A DNA stretch of 64,000 nt from Gemmatimonadota bacterium. GTDB taxonomy: Bacteria; Gemmatimonadota; Gemmatimonadetes; Longimicrobiales; Gaopeijiaceae. Under the pieces are notes generated by a model. The model was not told where the DNA came from. It saw nothing but the letters and a program-made list of their open reading frames with translations, and did no database searches. Location: contig DUBS01000003.1 in assembly GCA_012960225.1 (NCBI GenBank), positions 12,145 to 76,144 on the forward strand, read 5' to 3'. Shown one piece after another: positions 9,685 through 17,540 of the stretch (its first letter is position 1; every line of letters starts with the position of its first letter). The position numbers and the translations under genes were made by a program.

Positions 9685-10542
9685 CTAGAGAACGTATCCA
9701 CCATCAACAGTGATGATCGCTCCGGTGATGTGCCGGGCTGCCTCGGAGCAAAGAAACAAAACCACACCCGCCACATCTTGCGGATCACCCAAACGGCCAA
9801 GAGCGGATCTCTCTCGAGCATGGTCTAGAATCTCAGGTGACACACCTTCGGTGAGTCGGGTCGTGCGCACATAACCAGGAGCGACAGCATTCACATTGAT
9901 GTTCTTTGGCCCCAGCTCAACCGCGCTACTGCGAGTTAGGCCGATGAGACCGGCCTTAGACGAAGAATAATTGGAGATACCGAACTCAGTACGCATTCCA
10001 TGCACCGATGTGATGTTGACAATCTTCCCATATTCTTGGGCACGCATTGAGGGGGCTACAGCCCTCGTGAAGTGAAAGGCGCCGTCCAAGTTAGTTCGGA
10101 GCACAGCTTCCCAGTCATGATCAGTCATAAGCCAGATCGGTGCATCACGTCCGATCCCAGCGTTGTTCACCAAGACATCAATGCTCCCAAGTTCCTCCTC
10201 TGTCTCGGACACGAAAGAATTGACGTCACTTGATTCCCTTACATCGCAAGAGCAGGAAAGCACTTGCACTTTCATCTGTCGTAACTCACTCGCTACCTCT
10301 TTAGCTTCGCTACGAGATTGACCTCCGTCATCCAGATAACAAAACGCAATATGAGCGCCACAACGCGCGAGTTCCAAGGCAACCGCACGGCCAATCCCAC
10401 TCGATCCACCTGACACGATTGCAACTTTCCCGCTCAGGTTCTCGACCTGCAGGACAGGCTGGGGTTGGGGTTCTGCCGTGACCTCATCGAGGAGTGCCTC
10501 GACGGCGTTGGTGGCCGTCTCCGAGAGTGGAGAATCCGACAT
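9685..10542 (-). CDS. SDR family oxidoreductase
   Basis: VSGGSSGIGRAVA, NNAG and YSSSK motifs, with a 35-aa N-terminal extension. Confidence 0.85.
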   Translation of the reverse strand: MSDSPLSETATNAVEALLDEVTAEPQPQPVLQVENLSGKVAIVSGGSSGIGRAVALELARCGAHIAFCYLDDGGQSRSEAKEVASELRQMKVQVLSCSCDVRESSDVNSFVSETEEELGSIDVLVNNAGIGRDAPIWLMTDHDWEAVLRTNLDGAFHFTRAVAPSMRAQEYGKIVNITSVHGMRTEFGISNYSSSKAGLIGLTRSSAVELGPKNINVNAVAPGYVRTTRLTEGVSPEILDHARERSALGRLGDPQDVAGVVLFLCSEAARHITGAIITVDGGYVL

Positions 10543-10719
10543 AAGACACCCTATCGACTGGGAGAATTACTACGCAATGTCAGCAGGATTTTTGCTCTAT
10601 GAGTTCACAGTCACTCAAAGCATTGCGAATGCAGTTCTAGGTAAATAATACGCTACACCATTCTACCGAGTATTCACAAGCTCCTAAGCTTCAGGCTGAT
10701 TCAAGTAGGTTACCACTGA

Positions 10720-11499
10720 TCAGCCATAGCGACCCTCAATATAGTCAGCGGTCTCTTCTTCTTGGGGTGCTAGAAAGATTTGTTCGGTTACACGGTGCTC
10801 AACCATTCTGCCCAATAGCATGAACGCGGTCTCCTCACTCGCTCGTCTTGCTTGGGCCATATTGTGAGTCACAATCAAAATCGTATAGTCTCCGTGCAGT
10901 TCCCAAATGAGTTCTTCAAGTGCCGCAGTAGCCTTGGGGTCCAACGCTGAAGTAGGCTCATCCATAAGAAGCACGGTTGGCTTGACCGGTAGAAGTCTCG
11001 CTATACAAAGCTTCTGCTGCTCTTCAAGGGACAGTCCAGTAGCCTCTCGACCAAGTCGATCTTTCACTTCATCCCAAAGCAGAACACGACGGAGCGCATT
11101 CTCGACAATTTCGTCCTCTTCCAGTTTGTTGAATTTCTCATCGGCACGGTGGATCCGGTGAGCAAAGAGCACGTTATCTCGTATTGACAGGGGGAGAGGG
11201 TTAGGGCGCTGAAAGACCATCCCTACGTGACGCCGAAGCTGGGACAACTCGACGTCATCACTCAGTATGTCCTGATCAAGGACATGTATCTCCCCTGTCG
11301 TCCGCACATAGTCACCCAATCGCTCATTGATGCGATTCACAGCGCGGAGAAGGGTCGATTTTCCACACCCCGATGGGCCTATGAGCGCAGTGATTGATCC
11401 TCGCTTGACCTGAAGATCAACTTCGAAAAGCGCCTGAAAATCTCCGTACCATAAGCTGACGTTCTGGATGTCGATCGCGAGCGTAGGGGCCTCAACCAA
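10720..11499 (-). CDS. pstB: phosphate ABC transporter ATPase PstB paralog with a degenerate signature motif (copy B)
   Basis: Walker A (GPSGCGKST), Q-loop (VFQRPNP), Walker B (LLMDEPTSALD) and H-loop (VTHNMAQA) are canonical. The signature is LSLEEQQKL instead of LSGGQQQRL. Confidence 0.9.
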   Translation of the reverse strand: MVEAPTLAIDIQNVSLWYGDFQALFEVDLQVKRGSITALIGPSGCGKSTLLRAVNRINERLGDYVRTTGEIHVLDQDILSDDVELSQLRRHVGMVFQRPNPLPLSIRDNVLFAHRIHRADEKFNKLEEDEIVENALRRVLLWDEVKDRLGREATGLSLEEQQKLCIARLLPVKPTVLLMDEPTSALDPKATAALEELIWELHGDYTILIVTHNMAQARRASEETAFMLLGRMVEHRVTEQIFLAPQEEETADYIEGRYG

Positions 11500-12256
11500 A
11501 GCGGCCTTCCAGGTAGTCCAGGGTGCGACGGTCTTTTACTTCACCGCTAAAAAGGGCTTCTGTTTCTCCTACCTCTATCAACTTACCATCCAGGAAGAAA
11601 GCAGTGCGATCAGCAAGCCGACGTGCCTGTTGCACGAGATTTGTCACCAAGATGATAGTGATCTCCTCCTTTAGTTCCTTGAGCACGTCCTCGATACGCA
11701 TCGTGGTCACCGGATCTACGGCAATAGAGAATTCATCAAGCAGCAAAAGTTCGGGATCTTGAGAAAGTGCCCTCGCAATCGTGAGCCTCTGTTGTTGACC
11801 GCCTGAAAGCAGGCTGCCAAGGACATCAAGACGATCTTTCACCTCATCCCAGAGTGCCGCTCGCATGAGGCACTGCTCCACGATTTCATCGAGGGCACTC
11901 TTATCCTTGATTCCTGAGAGCCGCGGAGCTAGTGCGACATTGTCATAGATGCTCAACGGTAGCCCTACAGGTAGAGGGAAAACGACACCAATGCGACGGC
12001 GTAATGCGTAGACGTTCTTGATCTCGGAGATGTCGTGACCATCGAATACGATCGAACCATCGACCGTCATATTCTCCTGTAGCATCTCCATCCGATTCAA
12101 CGTCCGGAGAAAACTCGTTTTCCCGCTGCCAGCAGGCCCGATAATGCCAAAGATCTCATGCTCATGAACATCTAGAGAAACGCCAGAGAGAGCCTGCTGG
12201 CTACCGTATAAGATGTTTAGATCTCTCACAGCAAGTTTCACGTCCGTAACTACCAC
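11492..12256 (-). CDS. pstB: PstB-like ATPase paralog with degenerate Q-loop and H-loop (copy A)
   Basis: Walker A (GPAGSGKTS) and signature (LSGGQQQRL) are canonical. The Q-loop is VVFPLP (Q to P), the D-loop region is DEFSIAVD, and the H-loop is VTNLVQQA (H to N). Confidence 0.85.
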   Translation of the reverse strand: MVVTDVKLAVRDLNILYGSQQALSGVSLDVHEHEIFGIIGPAGSGKTSFLRTLNRMEMLQENMTVDGSIVFDGHDISEIKNVYALRRRIGVVFPLPVGLPLSIYDNVALAPRLSGIKDKSALDEIVEQCLMRAALWDEVKDRLDVLGSLLSGGQQQRLTIARALSQDPELLLLDEFSIAVDPVTTMRIEDVLKELKEEITIILVTNLVQQARRLADRTAFFLDGKLIEVGETEALFSGEVKDRRTLDYLEGRFG

Positions 12257-13164
12257 TTCTTTTTTCCTCTCAGGTAGCTCCGGAACCAGATTGATCCTGC
12301 ATTCATGAGGAGAACTAGTGTGATCAACGTGAGAGCCGTCCCGTATTTGAGTTCATCAGGCGCACCAGGCACGGCAGTTGAGATCACGAATAAGTGCATT
12401 GCCATCGCCATCGTTTGATCAAAGACACTGGTGGGGAGGAATGGGAAAAAGAATGCTGCTCCAGTAAACATGATCGGCGCAGTTTCCCCCGCTGTTCGCG
12501 ATACTGACAGAATGACACCGGTGAGGATCCCACTTATCGCGTTAGGGAGTACGACTGTTCTAATCGTCTGCCAGCGAGTGGCGCCCATGTTCCAACAAGC
12601 TTCTCGAAAGGCCATTGGAACTGCCTGGAGAGACTCACGAGTAGCGACAATAACCAACGGTAGTGTCATAACTGCAAGCGTGAGACTCGCTGCTAAGATG
12701 CTCGTCCCGAATCCGGCAAAGATCACGAAAGCGCCAACCCCAAATAGTGCGTGTACGATTGAGGGCACCCCCGCGAGGTTGATAATCGCGAGGTTGATTC
12801 CTCGGGTCAGCCAGCTATCCGACGCATATTCTGAAAGGTAGATCGCAGCTGCCACGCCCACAGGCACCGAAGCAACCAGTGAGACCGCTACGAGCCATAT
12901 CGTCCCCACAAGGGCTGGCCAAATACCGCCTGCAGTCATCCCGTCACTAGGATAAGAAAAAAGGAATTCAAAAGAGATCGCTGGCCCGCCCCTAACTAAC
13001 AGGACTCCAAAAATAATCCCGACTGGCACAACCAGGATCAGAGTCATCAAACCAAAGAGAGCCCTAAAAAGCCATTGAAGCCGATGGTTACGCGTGTTGA
13101 GCGGGGTCGCCGCAAACATCAGGGACGGCCCAGAAACTCCACCATCCCCTTCAGAATGGGTCAC
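12250..13164 (-). CDS. pstA: phosphate ABC transporter permease PstA
   Basis: Six-TM permease with an EAA-type loop (ESLQAVPMAFREACWNMGATRWQT), positioned between pstC and pstB. Confidence 0.9.
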   Translation of the reverse strand: MTHSEGDGGVSGPSLMFAATPLNTRNHRLQWLFRALFGLMTLILVVPVGIIFGVLLVRGGPAISFEFLFSYPSDGMTAGGIWPALVGTIWLVAVSLVASVPVGVAAAIYLSEYASDSWLTRGINLAIINLAGVPSIVHALFGVGAFVIFAGFGTSILAASLTLAVMTLPLVIVATRESLQAVPMAFREACWNMGATRWQTIRTVVLPNAISGILTGVILSVSRTAGETAPIMFTGAAFFFPFLPTSVFDQTMAMAMHLFVISTAVPGAPDELKYGTALTLITLVLLMNAGSIWFRSYLRGKKKW

Positions 13165-14090
13165 GTTCTCCTCGCCCCCTTAACCACGAAGTCTGCTGTA
13201 AGGTTGATGATAAACGTCACCACAAAAAGCAAGATTCCTAAAGTAAAAAGGGCTCGGTAATGGTCCGAGCCAACCGGAGCATCACCGAGTTCTGCTGCAA
13301 TTGTTGCAGTGATTGCGCGCACTGAATCAAATGGGCTCGTCGGGATCTGGATCGCGTTCCCGCTTGCCATGAGCACCGCCATTGTCTCGCCAAAAGCCCG
13401 ACCTACTCCAAGAAGAACCGCCGCGACAAGACCATTCCTGCCTGCCGGAAGTACAACTCTGAAAATCACCTGCCACTTTGTGGCACCCATGGCTTCAGCT
13501 GCCTCACGGTAGGTATCCGGAACCGCCTTGAGTGCATCTTCAGCAATCGTTGTCATGATCGGGGCAGCCATTAGCCCGAGGATAATACCTGAGTTGAGGA
13601 CTCCGATTCCGACCGGGACGTCAAACATGTCAATAATCAGGGGGTTCATGATCGATAGGCCGATGAAGCCCCATACAACCGACGGGATAGCAGCCAAGAG
13701 TTCAACCAACACCTTAAGGGACTCTCGGAGTCTGCCTGTGGCGAACTCACCGATGAAGATGGCCGCACCAAGTGAGAATGGCACCGAGACCAGCATGGCA
13801 AGACCCGTTACGCTAGCGGTTCCTGCTATAAGCCCGAGAACCCCGTACCTAGGATTCTGAGGGGATGTTGGCCGCCAGGTTATGCTTCCAAGAAACTCCC
13901 GGACATTCAATGGCCCCGCTATGAAACCCACACCCTCTTTGGTGATGAAGACAAAGATCCCGATGATGAAGATGATCGCGGAAATCCCACCCACAAACAC
14001 CAAGAACGTTACCGCTTTATCGACGTACCAATCTCTCCCACGGTGATCAAAGTCCATTGGTGCAGAGGGTTTGACTCGCTTAGTGAGCAT
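13161..14090 (-). CDS. pstC: phosphate ABC transporter permease PstC
   Basis: Permease with an EAA loop (EDALKAVPDTYREAAEAMGATKWQV). It overlaps pstA by 4 nt. Confidence 0.9.
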   Translation of the reverse strand: MLTKRVKPSAPMDFDHRGRDWYVDKAVTFLVFVGGISAIIFIIGIFVFITKEGVGFIAGPLNVREFLGSITWRPTSPQNPRYGVLGLIAGTASVTGLAMLVSVPFSLGAAIFIGEFATGRLRESLKVLVELLAAIPSVVWGFIGLSIMNPLIIDMFDVPVGIGVLNSGIILGLMAAPIMTTIAEDALKAVPDTYREAAEAMGATKWQVIFRVVLPAGRNGLVAAVLLGVGRAFGETMAVLMASGNAIQIPTSPFDSVRAITATIAAELGDAPVGSDHYRALFTLGILLFVVTFIINLTADFVVKGARRT

Positions 14091-15162
14091 CCGGCCCTGC
14101 CAGGGTCTTCATGAGATCCTGAACCCGCACTGCGACCATCTTATACAGGTCTTCCAGCACATCCTTAGAGAACCCTTTCGGGATATCGATTGACCACTCT
14201 AGGACAATCGTTCGGAATGGAACTTCAGCTATATCCTCCAGCACACCGTCTTCGAGAGCGACGATGACATGATAGGGTTGGGCAGGTTCTCCCAAGCCTT
14301 CAATAGGGGACGGTCTCTTATGACTAACATCCATCCCCTGCTCATCCATGAACTCGATCAGGACTGGGTCAAGCGCTCCAGCAGGGCTGACCCCGACACT
14401 CGAATATCTGCCGCTCTCAGGGAAAGCTTTTTCAGCATAAGCTTCTGCCATTTGACTTGCCCGATTGTTCTCCTCACCCACAAACAAAATCCTGAAGATA
14501 CGTGGGTCGCGTTCTCCTCCTGTGATCGCGAAGATCGCCTGCTCACTGATGTTATCCGCCTGCTCAGCAACCCGCTTGAGCAGGTTGTTGATCCTAACCA
14601 ACGCAAAGCTGTCCTGTAGCGGGACCACCCGGTCATTTGCTAATTCCACTAGGTGGTCCAGCACTGTTTTTAACGTCACATCTACAGGGCGAACCAACCC
14701 CTCGTGCGTTTGCAGCGCACGTTCAACATCCTCTTCAAAGAAGGCGGTTAGTGCTTCGCCCAGTGCATGGCCTGCCTGCTGAGCGATGACTTCAACATCA
14801 CGCGTGACACTTTCAGGGGGACGTACCGTCAATCGTAAAACTTCTCTTCCGATCGTGCCGGCATAGTCACCGATCCGTTCCAGCGCCACGTTAAGTCGGA
14901 GAACTGCTGAGGCGAAACGAAGGTGTCCCGCACTCGGCGCATGTCGGATGATGAAGGCATGACACAGGTAGTTGATCTCCTTGATCCGCCGATTTACCTG
15001 ACGGTCTCCTAGGATCACATTGTTCGCGAGATCCTTGTCCCATCCAATAAGCGACTGGACGGTGTCTTTCACCTGATTTTCGACGAGTCCGGCTACCTTG
15101 CGCAGCTTTCTCCGAATCTCATTGAGATCCGCCTGCATTCTCTGCTCATATTGAGGTGTCAT
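14080..15162 (-). CDS. phoU: PhoU fused to a C-terminal cysteine-less ArsC/LMW-PTP-like domain
   Basis: Residues ~1-215 are a two-repeat PhoU (ERIGDYA and RVAEQADNISEQA). Residues ~222-355 align to thioredoxin-type ArsC/LMW-PTP (ILFVGEENNRASQMAEAY versus [18 protein letters not shown] from memory), but no catalytic Cys is present. Confidence 0.8.
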   Translation of the reverse strand: MTPQYEQRMQADLNEIRRKLRKVAGLVENQVKDTVQSLIGWDKDLANNVILGDRQVNRRIKEINYLCHAFIIRHAPSAGHLRFASAVLRLNVALERIGDYAGTIGREVLRLTVRPPESVTRDVEVIAQQAGHALGEALTAFFEEDVERALQTHEGLVRPVDVTLKTVLDHLVELANDRVVPLQDSFALVRINNLLKRVAEQADNISEQAIFAITGGERDPRIFRILFVGEENNRASQMAEAYAEKAFPESGRYSSVGVSPAGALDPVLIEFMDEQGMDVSHKRPSPIEGLGEPAQPYHVIVALEDGVLEDIAEVPFRTIVLEWSIDIPKGFSKDVLEDLYKMVAVRVQDLMKTLAGPDAH

Positions 15163-15198
15163 TCTGAGAAATACCTCGGTTTCTAGTACGAAAAGCGA

Positions 15199-16083
15199 CT
15201 ACGCACAGCTAACTGAACCAGCTGCTGCAAATCCCTTATCCACCAAAATACACTGACCGGCTTCGCCAAGAATCCAGTCCATGTACTCCTTGATTATTCC
15301 TGTCGGCTCCCCAGCAGTGTACATAAAAAGCGGCCTCGCGATGGGGTAGCTTCCATCAATCGCGCTCTCTGCCGACGGTGACACACAGTCCCCCCTGTCA
15401 GTCAAGATACAGGGCATCTCTACTCTCTCCGTGGCGTAAGCGAGACCACTATATCCGATAGCACAGGGCGTATTTCCGACTAGGTCGACCACCTCTGACG
15501 ATCCATTCATATCCAGCGATCCAGGCTTGTACTCAGCCTGACCTAGCACTGCTTCCTTGAAGTAGGCATATGTTCCTGAGTTGTTCTGCCGGCTCACCCT
15601 TATGATCTCATCGCTTGAGCAACCAGGAATGCTTACTCCCAGTTCACTCCAAGTCTCGTAAGCACCACCCTCTGCATAGATCTCAGCAAGCTGTGAGATG
15701 GAGAGCGCATCGATCGGATTGTCAGGGTGAAGAAATACTGCAAGGGCGTCAAAGCCTACGACATGCTCTATAGGATCTATCCCTCGGCTACGTGCTTCCT
15801 CAATCTCACTCTCAGTCATCGCCCTGCTTGTGTTGGCAATATCCACCGTCCCATTAACCATTGCACTAATCCCAGTCCCGGAACCACCACCATTGACCGC
15901 CACGGCAACGCTAGGATTGATATCACCGTAGCTCTCTGCCCAGGCCAAGGCTACAAAGACGATCGTGTCCGAGCCCTTATTTTGGATGACGGTGCGTCTT
16001 GCACCTGAACTTCCATCAGCGCCTCCGCAGGCTAGGGCTACAAAAAGAACCAGAAGAGCTCCGAACATTCGGTTCATAGGCAC
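15199..16083 (-). CDS. pstS: phosphate-binding protein PstS (lipoprotein-type signal)
   Basis: PstS family core (GSDT, GGGSGTGI, TSR), and LFVALAC lipobox. GTG at 16083. The ATG at 16077, preceded by GAGGG, is the more likely start. Confidence 0.9.
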   Translation of the reverse strand: MPMNRMFGALLVLFVALACGGADGSSGARRTVIQNKGSDTIVFVALAWAESYGDINPSVAVAVNGGGSGTGISAMVNGTVDIANTSRAMTESEIEEARSRGIDPIEHVVGFDALAVFLHPDNPIDALSISQLAEIYAEGGAYETWSELGVSIPGCSSDEIIRVSRQNNSGTYAYFKEAVLGQAEYKPGSLDMNGSSEVVDLVGNTPCAIGYSGLAYATERVEMPCILTDRGDCVSPSAESAIDGSYPIARPLFMYTAGEPTGIIKEYMDWILGEAGQCILVDKGFAAAGSVSCA

Positions 16084-16160
16084 ACCCTCATACTAGAGGT
16101 CATGACGCAATTGCTCATATCAAAAGCTATACCCGAACTACTCTCCTACAACGCCTCAAT

Positions 16161-16190
16161 TGTATCAGCAATGTATCAATCGTATCAGCC
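16161..16190. promoter_or_regulatory. Pho-box-like phased direct repeats
   Basis: TGTATCAgcaaTGTATCAatcGTATCA: a 7-bp unit repeated with 11-bp then 9-bp spacing, 80-105 nt upstream of pstS in the divergent pstS/porin gap. The architecture matches PhoB/PhoP-type boxes. Read toward pstS the unit is TGATACA. Confidence 0.5.
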
Positions 16191-16205
16191 TGAAATCTGG
16201 GTTTA

Positions 16206-16240
16206 AATCAAGAACTTATTACTCTTAATCAAGACTTATT
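16206..16240. repeat. tandem direct repeat AATCAAGA(A)CTTATT x2, about 21-bp period
   Basis: AATCAAGAACTTATT at 16206-16220 and AATCAAGACTTATT at 16227-16240, in the same divergent promoter region. Possibly a second regulator site. Confidence 0.35.
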
Positions 16241-16405
16241 CGAGTTACACTTTGAGAGCTCTGTGGAATTCAGCACTGAATCATCAGTACATGCCAGGAT
16301 TTCTGTGACTGTTTCGTTACGCAATATCCGGCGATCCGTGACGTCAACGTGGCAACCTCTACATGTACGAAGGTTGCAATTTCCCTCCAAGGAGATAACG
16401 GACTC

Positions 16406-17467
16406 ATGAGACATCGTCGGGTTTTTCTGACGCTCCTATTGGCCATGCTTGCAGTTCCTGACGTCGCCGAGTCCCAAATTAAAATCTCCTCAAGAGCATC
16501 ATCAATCCAAGTCGGGGGAAGGGTGCATGCTCAGTACGCCGCCTCATCAGTTGGTGGTGCAGACAATGACTTCTTTCTGCGACGTGTACGCTTGATTGCT
16601 GATATCACATTGAGCGATTTCGTTGCTGCTCGTGTTCAGCCGGACTTTGCCCGCGGAAAGATCGCCCTTCAAGACGTCTACGTGAGGCTCGGATCTTCCA
16701 GCAAGTTCCGAGTTTGGGTGGGGCAGTTCAAACGTGCGTTTGACATCTTTAAACTATCGAGTTCAACCGACCTTTCAATCATCGAACGAGATGCTCGTGT
16801 TGAAGGGGTCTCGGGATGTTCTGGGGTATCCGGCATATGCTCTTACTCACGGCTTACAGAGCAATTGAAGTACGCCGAGCGAGATCAGGGTATCAAGATT
16901 GATGGCTCCTCGGGTCGCCTGAGCTACCAAGCCACTCTCACGAATGGCACCGGGATTAATGTCTCCGACGAAAACGATGCTAAGTCCTATTCGGGACGTG
17001 TCACTTTCGCTGCATCTGAAAAGGTCAGCCTCTCGGGGCAACTCGGTGTCCACGACTATTTGATCGAGTCAGCGGAAAAAAGCACAGCGCGGGGAATCGC
17101 CTGGGGTGGAGATGTGGAGTTTGGTACTTGGAGAGATGGCGCTCACATCCAAGCATCAATAATCCGCGGAGACAATTGGAAGTCACTCGATTCAAGTAAC
17201 TCGGAAGCGACATTTTTCACTACTCAGATTGTCGCGTCTTATTACACTGAACATCGCGGTCAATTAGCTGGAATCGAGCCTCTACTGCGGCTGAGCTTTG
17301 GTGACCCTGACACAGCTGTTGGCAAGAACGCAGGGACCGTCGTTACCCCAGGGTTGATGTTCTACCTACAGGGCAAGAGCAAGATCGGGGCAAACCTTGA
17401 CATTTACTCACCCCAATCAGGCGACACAGCCCTATCATTTAAGGTCCAGACCTACCTTTATTTCTGA
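16406..17467 (+). CDS. phosphate-selective porin (OprO/OprP family)
   Basis: Signal peptide MRHRRVFLTLLLAMLAVP. Porin_O_P-like N-terminal block (FFLRRVRL ... VGQFKRAFD ... IERD) and a C-terminal YLYF. AAGGAG lies upstream of the ATG at 16406. Confidence 0.8.
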   Translation: MRHRRVFLTLLLAMLAVPDVAESQIKISSRASSIQVGGRVHAQYAASSVGGADNDFFLRRVRLIADITLSDFVAARVQPDFARGKIALQDVYVRLGSSSKFRVWVGQFKRAFDIFKLSSSTDLSIIERDARVEGVSGCSGVSGICSYSRLTEQLKYAERDQGIKIDGSSGRLSYQATLTNGTGINVSDENDAKSYSGRVTFAASEKVSLSGQLGVHDYLIESAEKSTARGIAWGGDVEFGTWRDGAHIQASIIRGDNWKSLDSSNSEATFFTTQIVASYYTEHRGQLAGIEPLLRLSFGDPDTAVGKNAGTVVTPGLMFYLQGKSKIGANLDIYSPQSGDTALSFKVQTYLYF

Positions 17468-17540
17468 GGCAGCGTCCTCCCAGGACATTCTAGGTACAAT
17501 GAATCTCTCTGGCAGTAGTGCCGTACCACCGCACGATGAC

